Assembly (NCBI GenBank): GCA_958402795.1
Contig: CATXUX010000009.1
Coordinates: 12,697-76,696 of the forward strand
Reading direction: 5' to 3'
Source of the DNA: an uncultured Lachnospiraceae bacterium
GTDB taxonomy: Bacteria > Bacillota > Clostridia > Lachnospirales > Lachnospiraceae
DNA: 64,000 nucleotides
The position numbers and the translations under genes are program-made. The stretch's first letter is position 1, and each line of letters starts with the position of its first letter. The notes under the pieces were generated by a model. That model was not told the DNA's origin and searched no databases. It saw only the letters and a list, made by a program, of their open reading frames with translations. Below are positions 37,112-46,446 of the stretch, piece after piece.

Positions 37112-38500
37112 TTATTGGCTGTTATTGTCAGATTTTCTATCCAAATTCTTAAAAAGCCGGACCAGGGTAATCATTCCGATTGCTGATAGAATCAATTCGG
37201 CTGTAAATTGTGCATATGCCAGGCCATAAAGCGGGAACAGCTTGTCCAAGACGAACAGAGCCGGTATTTCCAATACGATTTTACGAAGAATAGCAAACAC
37301 AAGCGTTTTCCGCCCCATGCCGCAGGCTGTAAATACTCCGACTGCAAGGAAATCCAGTGAGAGAAATGGAAGCGCAAGGGAAAGCCCTTTGAGAAACCGG
37401 CTTCCATACACAATAATTGCTTCGTTCTTCATAAAGAGAGACACAAGAAAACCCGAACCAAAATGGAAGATCAATAAAGAAACTGTCATAAAAGAAACGG
37501 ATGCTTTCATGGAAAATCCGGTTACGTGTTTCATTCTCTTGTTATTTTTACTTGCATAGTTGTAACTGATTAACGGCATGATCCCCTGCGAAAATCCTTG
37601 CGCAATATAAAGGGGAACCATATTAATTTTTTGTGCGATTCCCATTGCCGCCACCGTTTCCGAACCATAGGCAGAAGTAAAATTGTTCAAAATCGTCATT
37701 CCTGTGACATTCAGAATATTCTGGACAGCTGCCGGAATGCCAACGCCGCATACGCCGGTCACAATCTCTTTCCGAAAACCAAACATAGACGGGCGGATAC
37801 AGACAAAGGTATTTTTTCGTTTTACAAACAGTAAAACAAAGAAGTAGATGCAGGCGGCACAGTTTGAAAGAAATGTGGCAAGTCCCGCTCCGGCTGCTCC
37901 CATGTTCAATCCCCACGGAAGAATGAAAACCGGATCTAACAGGATATTGAGCAGACATCCGCTCATGGTTCCGATGCTTGCATGGAGCGTTGCGCCCTCA
38001 GAACGCACAAGATACGCCATTACGACATTTAAAATTGCCGGAGCAGCTCCAAAAGTCACTGTCCATTTCAGATATCCGGCTGTTGCCGCAGCAGTAGCGG
38101 AAGAAGTACCGAGCAGGTTCAAAAAAGAACCGTTAAAGACTGTATAAATCACAGAAAACAGGATGCCGCAAAACAAAGAACAATAAAAGCCAAAGGCAGA
38201 ACTGCGGTATACGGTATCATAGTCTTTTCTTCCCAGTGCACGGCTCATCATGCTGGAGCTGCCCACCCCGAACAAATTGTTAATGGCATTAAAAGCTAAT
38301 AACATGGGGGCAGCCAGTGTAACTGCAGCATTTTGGATCGGATCATTTAACATTCCTACAAAATAAGTGTCCGAAAGGTTATAAATTACCATGACCAGCG
38401 AACTGATCATAGTAGGAACCGCGAGCTTCATAACCGCTTCGGGCACAGGCTTTTCTTCAAATAAGGCTGTTTTTGACTGGCTTGTCATTCCGATTTTCAT
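37112..38500 (-). CDS. MATE family efflux transporter
   Basis: LAVPTMISSLVMVIYNLSDTYFVG, NILLDPVFI, GAGLAT. Confidence 0.9.
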   Translation of the reverse strand: MKIGMTSQSKTALFEEKPVPEAVMKLAVPTMISSLVMVIYNLSDTYFVGMLNDPIQNAAVTLAAPMLLAFNAINNLFGVGSSSMMSRALGRKDYDTVYRSSAFGFYCSLFCGILFSVIYTVFNGSFLNLLGTSSATAAATAGYLKWTVTFGAAPAILNVVMAYLVRSEGATLHASIGTMSGCLLNILLDPVFILPWGLNMGAAGAGLATFLSNCAACIYFFVLLFVKRKNTFVCIRPSMFGFRKEIVTGVCGVGIPAAVQNILNVTGMTILNNFTSAYGSETVAAMGIAQKINMVPLYIAQGFSQGIMPLISYNYASKNNKRMKHVTGFSMKASVSFMTVSLLIFHFGSGFLVSLFMKNEAIIVYGSRFLKGLSLALPFLSLDFLAVGVFTACGMGRKTLVFAILRKIVLEIPALFVLDKLFPLYGLAYAQFTAELILSAIGMITLVRLFKNLDRKSDNNSQ

Positions 38501-38526
38501 CTCCTTTTTTTCGAATATCCGGCGTT

Positions 38527-38913
38527 TTACTGAGACGCTTTTTCAAGGCATTTTGCCACGGCTTCTTTGATTCCGTCTGAAGTCACAGTAGCGCCGGAAA
38601 CAGCGTCTACCTCATAAGACTGCATTTCCACAATCTGCTCAGGAAGCTGGTCGATCGCAACGCCGCCTTTGTCGGGAGTTTCTTTGTTATCTCCGACGGT
38701 TACATTGGAAATCGTTCCGTTTTCAATGACAACTGTGACATCAAAATTCCCATTTTTCCCTTTCGCTCTTTCTGTGTAAGTGCCGTCTGTCCATGTCCCG
38801 GATTCTCCGATTTCGTAAGTCGCTTTCGTATCCGTACCGGAAGCGCCGCACCCGGATAAGACTGTCAGGCTGGCTGCTAACAGGATACTGATTGTAATCG
38901 TCTTTTTTTTCAT
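38527..38913 (-). CDS. FMN-binding domain lipoprotein
   Basis: Lipobox LSGC and flavinylation motif VDAVSGATVTS. Start 38913 with a GGAGG RBS. Confidence 0.85.
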   Translation of the reverse strand: MKKKTITISILLAASLTVLSGCGASGTDTKATYEIGESGTWTDGTYTERAKGKNGNFDVTVVIENGTISNVTVGDNKETPDKGGVAIDQLPEQIVEMQSYEVDAVSGATVTSDGIKEAVAKCLEKASQ

Positions 38914-38929
38914 ATTCAATCCTCCGAAT

Positions 38930-39778
38930 TTAGGTAGTGTGTTCAAGCCATCTGCTGATTGCAGCGCCATCCCGATACCCTCTTTCATATAATTTTTCCA
39001 AATTCTCTTTCTTTCGGGAAAGTGTTGATACGCCGTCTGTATCTTCCGGCGCAACGATACATACTTTCCCCATCTGCTCATATTTCTTTGCCACTTCCAC
39101 AGAAGCGTTATAAACTTCTGCGCGTTTGGCAATCTTTTCTGCGGATATAGGGTATCGCCTGCGGATCAGCTTTGCCAAAGTCAGATCTTTCCCCGGTTTT
39201 CTTAAAACAGATACCGGTCGGCTCAAGATGAGCACAACCCTGTCGCAGTCAAGATCAAAGGCTTTCTGTATCGGAACCGGGTCTGCTAAAGCTCCGTCGA
39301 AATATGGTGTCTTGTCAATAACATATGGCTTATCAACGCCCGGAATACAGCAGGAGGCCATTAAAATCCGATAATCATCCTGATGAACATCTGCCTTTGA
39401 GAAATATTTCACCTCGCCTGTAACGGCATTTTCCGCAACGGCATAGAATTCCGCCGGACTTGCCATGAGTGCCGGATAATCCAGCGGGGATTCTCCATCG
39501 GAATTACTCAGCGTACCATAAATGTAATCCAGTCCGATGTAAGAACCTGTTTTGAGTAGATTACCAAACCCCATATACTCTTTGCGGAATGTATAAGTTG
39601 AATAAAATTCCTTGCAGCGTCCCCGCTGTCCGGCAACGTATGTAATCAGATTTGCGCTCCCTGCTGATACACCGATACAGCAGTCGAACTGAATCTGCTG
39701 ATCCATGCAGTAATCCATGATGCCTACGCCATATGCTCCACGCAGGCCGCCGCCCACGTCAACTACTCCTGTTTTCAT
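38930..39778 (-). CDS. Patatin-like phospholipase/esterase
   Basis: GGGLRG, GVSAGS, FDGAL. Confidence 0.9.
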   Translation of the reverse strand: MKTGVVDVGGGLRGAYGVGIMDYCMDQQIQFDCCIGVSAGSANLITYVAGQRGRCKEFYSTYTFRKEYMGFGNLLKTGSYIGLDYIYGTLSNSDGESPLDYPALMASPAEFYAVAENAVTGEVKYFSKADVHQDDYRILMASCCIPGVDKPYVIDKTPYFDGALADPVPIQKAFDLDCDRVVLILSRPVSVLRKPGKDLTLAKLIRRRYPISAEKIAKRAEVYNASVEVAKKYEQMGKVCIVAPEDTDGVSTLSRKKENLEKLYERGYRDGAAISRWLEHTT

Positions 39779-39792
39779 TTATGTCTGTCTCC

Positions 39793-40635
39793 TTATAACA
39801 AAATGGTGTGAGGAATCACATCCGGGTCATGGTTCGCAAGAGATTCCACGCAGTTTTTATTTCTGCTCATTTTCGCAATCCATTTTAATGATTGAATCTG
39901 ACGATTTTTATCTGTTGCGATTCCGGAGCATATAAGCCGCTGCCATGACTTCGATGAATATCCTCCGTCTGAATACAGCAGGACATAACGTCCGCCGTCT
40001 CCTGTAATTAAAACAGCAAATAGTCCGTCGGAATGTCCGGGGATATTTACTAACTGAATGGACCCGTCTTCAAACAGGTCAAAGGATTTCCCAACGGGAC
40101 CGACCCCGGTGTCTTTAAATGAAAAACTGGATAAGGGAACGCCTTTCCACATAGAAGACCGATATCGAATGAGGTGCCGCCCTGCACAGGCGATTTCATT
40201 TTCCGACACGAGAATATGCTTTGCTTTTTTTACCTGCTTTACTCCGCTGGCATGGTCGCAGTCCAGATGAGTCAGCAGCACGTAATCTAAACTTTCCGGA
40301 CGAATCCCCAATGTCTGAAGCTGTTCATTGACGGCTTTTCCTTTTGCAACTTCTCCCTGATTTGTAACGTAAAGCGGAAACGACATATGGCGAATCTGCG
40401 CCATCCGGTCATACTCTCCACCGGGACTGATTTCCCGGCTCCAACCAGTGTCAATCAGAAGTTTCCCTTTTGGATGTTCCACAAGGTAGGCGGAAACGGG
40501 GAGCCATATCCGATCCTTTTTTCTTGTTGTTAGTCCGGCAGCTTTCATCAGGCTGCAATGTTTCCCGCCAAAGGGGAGGTATGGAGAGACGCATACCCGT
40601 CCGCAATGAAATACATGAATTCTAATATTGTCCAT
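39793..40635 (-). CDS. Metallo-beta-lactamase-fold hydrolase (AHL-lactonase family), paralog of 31068-31910
   Basis: YLVEHPKGKLLIDTGW, THLDCDH, PGHS, ANHD. Confidence 0.85.
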   Translation of the reverse strand: MDNIRIHVFHCGRVCVSPYLPFGGKHCSLMKAAGLTTRKKDRIWLPVSAYLVEHPKGKLLIDTGWSREISPGGEYDRMAQIRHMSFPLYVTNQGEVAKGKAVNEQLQTLGIRPESLDYVLLTHLDCDHASGVKQVKKAKHILVSENEIACAGRHLIRYRSSMWKGVPLSSFSFKDTGVGPVGKSFDLFEDGSIQLVNIPGHSDGLFAVLITGDGGRYVLLYSDGGYSSKSWQRLICSGIATDKNRQIQSLKWIAKMSRNKNCVESLANHDPDVIPHTILL

Positions 40636-40747
40636 TTTTTCTCCTTGTTATTATGCTTTTTATTTTTTGCGAAATGCAAAATAAAAAACAAGAATTACCA
40701 ATACTAAAATTAGCAGTTTTACCATATAAAACGATCTCCTTATTAAG

Positions 40748-41524
40748 TCATGTCTTGTTCATTCCCGCTGCCATCTTTCTGGTAATGCGGCGGGGAAGCA
40801 GACGGGTTGCAATGTTAAATGCGTTTGTAACAAAACCATGATATTTTATGCTTTTTCCACGCATTGCGGCCCGATAGCCGGTTTCTGCCACATCCTTTGC
40901 CGTAGCAGTCTTAAATCGCGAGAACATAACAGATTTCCCCATATGAGCATTTTTTTCAAACCCTGTGGATGTCGGTCCGGGACAAAGTGCTGTCACTGAA
41001 ATTCCTGTCCCATCCAGCTCCGCCGCCAGTGCTTCCGAAAATGAAAGTACAAAACTTTTGGAAGCATAATAGAGCGACATATAAGGACCGGCGGAAAAAG
41101 CTGCCACAGATGACAAGTTTATAATCCGTCCTGCGCCTCGCTTCCTCATATCGCTGCCAAACAGGTATGTCAGCTTTACCAGTGCTGTTATGTTCAGCTC
41201 AATTAACGCCTGCTGACGATCCCATTTGGAATCCAAAAATGCACATAAATCTCCAAACCCTGCATTGTTTACCAAAATATCAACTTGTAAATTTGATTCG
41301 ATTACGTATTTGTGTAACTGTTCAATTTCAACACAAGATGTTAAATCAGCCGAATATGCAACCGCTTTTATGGAATACCTTGTCTCTAATTCTTTCTTTA
41401 AGCATTTCAGTTTATCGTTACTTCTGGCGACAAGAATCAGGTTATATCCATTCTTTGCAAACACTCTCGCAAATTCCAGCCCAATGCCGCCGGAAGCTCC
41501 TGTAATGAGGCAGTAGTTTTTCAT
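40748..41524 (-). CDS. Short-chain dehydrogenase/reductase
   Basis: TGASGGIG, NNAG, YYASK. Confidence 0.92.
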   Translation of the reverse strand: MKNYCLITGASGGIGLEFARVFAKNGYNLILVARSNDKLKCLKKELETRYSIKAVAYSADLTSCVEIEQLHKYVIESNLQVDILVNNAGFGDLCAFLDSKWDRQQALIELNITALVKLTYLFGSDMRKRGAGRIINLSSVAAFSAGPYMSLYYASKSFVLSFSEALAAELDGTGISVTALCPGPTSTGFEKNAHMGKSVMFSRFKTATAKDVAETGYRAAMRGKSIKYHGFVTNAFNIATRLLPRRITRKMAAGMNKT

Positions 41525-41652
41525 ATGTCGCAACCTCTTTCCTGTATTTCTTTACTTCGCTCCCATGCAACAGTGTAGATGTATGAACTGAAAATTGGAA
41601 CGACATAAACAGCGATTGTGTACGAAAAAAGCGGAACCGTAGCGGCTCCGCT

Positions 41653-42225
41653 CTATTTAAAAATTTCAAAGGATTTTATAATCAGCTTGTTCATACTGTC
41701 AATGTCTACATCATAGGGATTTTTCAGCCAATAGACAAAGGCTGAAATGGAAAGTGTTGAAACCATTTCCAATATCATGTTTTCGTTTTCTATACTCTTT
41801 TCTTGAAAAAGCTGGTTCCAGAAATGGTATTTAATTCCTGTCTGCCATTTCTGAATAAACTGAATATTCGGATTTGCAATCAGAAAAGCATAAAACACCT
41901 GCTTATTCTGCTCGATAAGATGGCACGTGTTCTGAAAAAACGGAAATCCGGTTTCAAAATCAATGACTGTCTCGCCAAAATCTTTATTGACTTCAAGAAG
42001 CTGATACAGCAAAATATCTTCAATTTCTTCTTTCAACTGCATGACATTATCGTAATAAGAGTAAAATGTACTTCGCGCCACATGAGCCTGACTACACAGT
42101 TCTTTCACAGAGACTGCATGAATCTCTTTCTGTTGATTCAGGTCGATCAACGCTTTTTGCAAAGCACGCTGTGCATCTGTATTGGCTTTCTTCTCTATGT
42201 TTGTAATATATTGATAAGGATTCAT
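41653..42225 (-). CDS. TetR/AcrR family regulator
   Basis: VSVKELCSQAHVARSTFYSYY. Confidence 0.88.
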   Translation of the reverse strand: MNPYQYITNIEKKANTDAQRALQKALIDLNQQKEIHAVSVKELCSQAHVARSTFYSYYDNVMQLKEEIEDILLYQLLEVNKDFGETVIDFETGFPFFQNTCHLIEQNKQVFYAFLIANPNIQFIQKWQTGIKYHFWNQLFQEKSIENENMILEMVSTLSISAFVYWLKNPYDVDIDSMNKLIIKSFEIFK

Positions 42226-42544
42226 ATTTGCTGCCCTCCGCCACAGTCATTGAAGATGAATAAAGTATGTCCTTTATTCGCTACAACTATTATAGCAGAT
42301 TTTTCGCTATCATGGGAATCGTAAATGAAAAGAGTGGGTAAGGCAGCAAAAAGCAGGTGTTTTTCACCCTTGTTTACAGGTTGATAAGTTGCTAAGTTTA
42401 TCCGAAAATGGACCGGCGCAAGCTTGAAATGGCCGGGGGCATATGATAAACTAGATTGCATAAACGAATCGAATTTAAAAATATATGAGATTGTATTTCG
42501 CACTGCAGGGGAGCTGCCATGAAAGCGTTACGGAGGGAACGGCT

Positions 42545-43249
42545 ATGATCAGGATTGCCATAGTGGAAGATGAAGAACTCTACATCAAGGAGCTGACGGG
42601 GTATCTGGAAGAGTACCGGAAGTCGTTCGGGGAGGAGTTCGAGATTACGGTATACCGTGACGGGGATGGGATTACGTCGCAGTATAAGGGGCAGTTTGAT
42701 ATCATCCTGATGGATATCCAGATGCGGTTTGTTGACGGAATGACGGCTGCGGAGGAGATTCGGAAGATGGATTCGGAGGTTGTGATCATATTTATCACGA
42801 ATATGACGCAGTACGCGATCCGCGGGTATGAGGTGGACGCGATGGATTATGTTTTAAAACCGGTTTCTTATTTTGCATTCAGTCAGAAATTGTCCAAAGC
42901 GATCGCCCGGATCCGGAAGCGTACAAGAACTTACATTACGATTCAGGTCAAGGGCGGAATCCTGCGGCTTGACGCGGAGGATATTTATTATATTGAAAGT
43001 TCTGGGCATAATCTGGTATTCCATACAGCCGGAGGGGATCATCTCGTGCCGGGGACGATGAAATCGGTGGAAGAAGAACTGGAGGGACTACACTTCTCCA
43101 GAGGGAATAAGTGTTATCTTATTAACTTAAAACACGTGGAGGGCGTCAAGGACAAGTGCGCGATTGTTAAGGGGGAGTATCTGCAGCTCAGCCGTCCGCG
43201 CCTGAACGCGTTTATGCAGGAATTGACGAAATACTGGGGGGATGAGTGA
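42545..43249 (+). CDS. LytTR-family response regulator
   Basis: IAIVEDE, DIILMDIQM, YVLKP, and the LytTR tail IYYIES...CYLINLKHV. Start 42545. Confidence 0.92.
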   Translation: MIRIAIVEDEELYIKELTGYLEEYRKSFGEEFEITVYRDGDGITSQYKGQFDIILMDIQMRFVDGMTAAEEIRKMDSEVVIIFITNMTQYAIRGYEVDAMDYVLKPVSYFAFSQKLSKAIARIRKRTRTYITIQVKGGILRLDAEDIYYIESSGHNLVFHTAGGDHLVPGTMKSVEEELEGLHFSRGNKCYLINLKHVEGVKDKCAIVKGEYLQLSRPRLNAFMQELTKYWGDE

Positions 43250-44568
43250 TGGTGACGGGGTATGCCTGGCCGGATATTCCGAGAGCATATACGGCATTGG
43301 CGGAGTGGCTGATGTGTCTGATGTGTATCATTGAGGTGAAACGGCGTCTGCACGGCTGGAAACTGGCGGTAGTATCTGCGGCTGCACTGGTAGTACAGAC
43401 GGTCTTTCTTGTCCTGACGGAAGGACAGAATAATATCTTATGGATTCTCTGTATGCTGACGGCAGTTCTGCTGATGTATGGTTTTATTTATCTATGCAGT
43501 GATATGAACTGGCGGGATACCGCACATTACTGTGTCAGGGCATTTCTTATGGCGGAATTTGCGGCGTCACTGGAATGGGAGATTCACTGTACGCTGGTGG
43601 AAGTAACCGGGGGAGAACTCTCATGGGTCGCTGCAGCCGGAATCCTTGCGGCAGTGTATGGTGTGGTATGTCTGGCGTCGTGGGCGATCTACCGGAGATA
43701 TAAGCAGCCGGAGGATAAAGAATTGATGATTACGAATCGAGAACTGTTCTCCAGCGTGATCATTGGGATTGCTGTTTTTTCTGTGAGCAATCTGGGTTTC
43801 ATTGCCTCGAACAGTCCGTTCTTCGGAAACGGACAGCGGATTGGGATTTTTAATGCCAGGACGCTCGTAGATCTTGGGGGCGCTGCAATCTTCTATGCCT
43901 ACCACATTCAGCGGGAGGATCTGCGTATGCGTCAGGAACTGGAGAGTATGAAGAAGATTCTCTACAATCAGTACATACAATATGAGCAGTCCCAGGAGGC
44001 AATGGATCTGATTAACTATAAGTATCATGACTTGAAGCATCATATCATCGCACTGCGGGCAGAGGAAGATGAGAAAAAGCGCCAGGAATATCTGGACGGG
44101 CTGGAGGCGGAGATCCGGAGCTATGAGGCCCAGAATAAGACCGGAAACAAGGTACTGGATACGCTTCTCACGATGAAGAGCATGTACTGTTTAAAAAATG
44201 ACATTTCTCTGACCAGCGTGGTGGATGGTACATTGTTTGGCTTCATGGATACGATGGATATCTGCTCGATTTTCGGAAATGCGTTGGATAATGCGATTGA
44301 ATGTGAACTTAAGATCCCAGAAAAGGAGAAGCGGCTGATTCATGTTTCCGCCCATGCACAGAAACAGTTTTTGATCATTTTGTTTGAAAACTATTACGAA
44401 GGAGAACTGGAATTTAATGAGAACCTGCCGCGCACGACAAAGGGCGACGCCGAACTGCATGGATACGGACTGAAAAGTGTACGATATACCGCGCGTAAAT
44501 ACCATGGAGAAGTAGATATCAATACTGAGCATAACTGGTTCCGGCTGAAAATACTGATTCCGATGTAA
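43246..44568 (+). CDS. GHKL sensor histidine kinase (AgrC/VirS-like)
   Basis: N-terminal TMs; YHDLKHH, FGNALDNAIE, HGYGLKS. Confidence 0.92.
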   Translation: MMVTGYAWPDIPRAYTALAEWLMCLMCIIEVKRRLHGWKLAVVSAAALVVQTVFLVLTEGQNNILWILCMLTAVLLMYGFIYLCSDMNWRDTAHYCVRAFLMAEFAASLEWEIHCTLVEVTGGELSWVAAAGILAAVYGVVCLASWAIYRRYKQPEDKELMITNRELFSSVIIGIAVFSVSNLGFIASNSPFFGNGQRIGIFNARTLVDLGGAAIFYAYHIQREDLRMRQELESMKKILYNQYIQYEQSQEAMDLINYKYHDLKHHIIALRAEEDEKKRQEYLDGLEAEIRSYEAQNKTGNKVLDTLLTMKSMYCLKNDISLTSVVDGTLFGFMDTMDICSIFGNALDNAIECELKIPEKEKRLIHVSAHAQKQFLIILFENYYEGELEFNENLPRTTKGDAELHGYGLKSVRYTARKYHGEVDINTEHNWFRLKILIPM

Positions 44569-44625
44569 GTTCTGATGTAGGAAAAGACAAGAAAATCTAA
44601 AAAGGCAAAAAATGAGGTGCTGACT

Positions 44626-45791
44626 GTGAAAAAAAGTTTAACATTACCGGAGTATGCGTACCAGAGAAACATTATATGGTGAATTTGGATAAGCGTCTGA
44701 AAGAAATCCGAGAATTGATTGACGACGGGGCATATTTTACGATCAATCGAGCAAGGCAGTATGGGAAAACGACATTATTGGCTGCATTGGCAAAATCTCT
44801 GTCAAGAGATTATGTGATTGTAAGTATGGATTTTCAGGCAATGGGAAACGAATCATTTCAGAATGAGAACACGTTTTCTCTTTCATTTTTGGCTCTTTTT
44901 TGTAGAAAATTGGAAAATATCAGTAAAAATAATGCGTGGGAATTCGGTGATTTGTTATCGGAGTTAAAAGAGATTGTCCGAATGAAACCGGAAAAGTTTG
45001 TACTATTGGATTTGTTTAGTTATCTGCTGGATATTTGCAAAAAAATTCCAAAGCCGGTAGTTCTTATGATTGATGAAGTGGATACGGCAACAAATAATCA
45101 GGTGTTTCTTGATTTCCTTGCACAATTACGAAATTATTATTTGGAGAGAGAAACAGATGGGACAGTTACCTTCCAATCCGTGATATTGGCAGGGGTTTAT
45201 GATATAAAAAATATGAGACGGAAGATCCGACCGGAAGAGGATCACAAAACAAACAGTCCGTGGAACATTGCGGCGGATTTTGATGTTGATATGAGTTTTA
45301 ATGAGGAAGATATTTCCGGGATGCTGGAAGAATATGAAACAGACAATATGACGGGAATGGATATCAGGAAAGTGTCCAGACTGATCTATGAATATACTTC
45401 CGGTTATCCGTTTCTGGTATCGAAAATCTGTAAGATTATTGATGAACGGCTGGCGGGGGAAGGAATATTTCATGATAAAAGTGCAGCATGGACAAAAGAA
45501 GGCATTCTGGAAGCGGTAAAAATATTGCTCTCTGAGAAAAATATGTTATTTGATTCTCTGACAGAAAAAATAGAGACTTATCCGGAATTGAAAAACATAC
45601 TGTATGCGCTGTTGTTTCGGGGGCAAAGTATTGTATATAATCCCGATAACGATGCAATTGGAATTGCACAGATGTTTGGGTTTACAAAAATAGATGCAGA
45701 AACGGGCGCAGTAGTAGTTGCAAACCGGATTTTTGAGACACGTTTATATAATTATTTTTTGACGGCACAGGAGATACAGGGTTTACATTGA
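44626..45791 (+). pseudogene. AAA-like ATPase, frameshifted at the 5' end (A7 run) and apparently C-terminally truncated
   Basis: The GAGGTG-GTG start at 44626 is out of frame with FNITGVCVPEKHYMV. RARQYGKTT and IDEVD are present, but the ORF ends just after 'RIFETRLYNYFL'. Confidence 0.65.
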
Positions 45792-45933
45792 AAAAGATAT
45801 TTAAAAAGTGGATACAAGGACACAGAATTGGACTGTGTTTTTGTTGATAAAAATTGTAGAAATGGCAGAGAGAGCGTGATACAATAGTGCTGTTACCGCC
45901 TCCTATACCCGGTACGGAAAGGAGGTGAACTAC

Positions 45934-46020
45934 GTGGAAATACTTACTTCACTTATTGTCGCTGTTGCGGCTGGTGTAATTTGCCATTACATCATCAAAT
46001 GGTTAGATGGCGGCGAATAG
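45934..46020 (+). CDS. Fst-like type I toxin, 28 aa (MEILTSLIVAVAAGVICHYIIKWLDGGE)
   Basis: GAAAGGAGGTG RBS sequesterable by GCCTCCT (45898-45904); one TM plus a KWLD tail; TG-n-TACAAT promoter at about 45877-45885. Confidence 0.85.
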   Translation: MEILTSLIVAVAAGVICHYIIKWLDGGE

Positions 46021-46070
46021 TCGGTAACTGGCCTATGGCGCTAAACCCTGCCATTCCAAAATAGGGAATA

Positions 46071-46104
46071 GAAAACCCCCGGTGTTCCAGCACCGGGGGT
46101 TTTC
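46071..46104. terminator. Bidirectional terminator of the toxin-antitoxin locus
   Basis: GAAAACCCCCGGTG-TTCCAG-CACCGGGGGTTTTC. Confidence 0.85.
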
Positions 46105-46146
46105 GCAGTAGCCGAACTACGTGGACTACTTGCTTCACTTTGCCTA
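46071..46146 (-). ncRNA. Putative antisense antitoxin RNA
   Basis: Minus-strand promoter TTGCAT-17-TATAAT (46180-46152, extended -10). It transcribes 46114-46140, a direct repeat of the toxin start region 45927-45954. Confidence 0.75.
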
Positions 46147-46324
46147 CCGGCATTATAGCATATGCAAATCGAAAATGCAATATTCTGAAAAAAATTGGTT
46201 TGGTCAAAACAATACCTCTCAAAACAATATATAAAATATTGACATTGAGAAGTCTTAAATAGCACTTATGTCAGCAATTTGCATAAAAAATGTGCGGTGA
46301 TTTTGTGAAAGGTGTACAGATTGA

Positions 46325-46357
46325 TTACAATTTGTGCGCTTTTTTTACAATTTGTGC
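46325..46357 (+). promoter_or_regulatory. Direct repeat TTACAATTTGTGC x2, candidate LytTR site
   Basis: Copies at 46325 and 46345, just upstream of TGCTATAAT (46384-46392) for the GH3 operon. Confidence 0.5.
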
Positions 46358-46446
46358 AAAAATCCGCACAAAGATGGGATATCTGCTATAATCCCAATTA
46401 CATGATAACTTGCCATCATGAAAAAGAAACAGGGAGGAAAAAAGAG

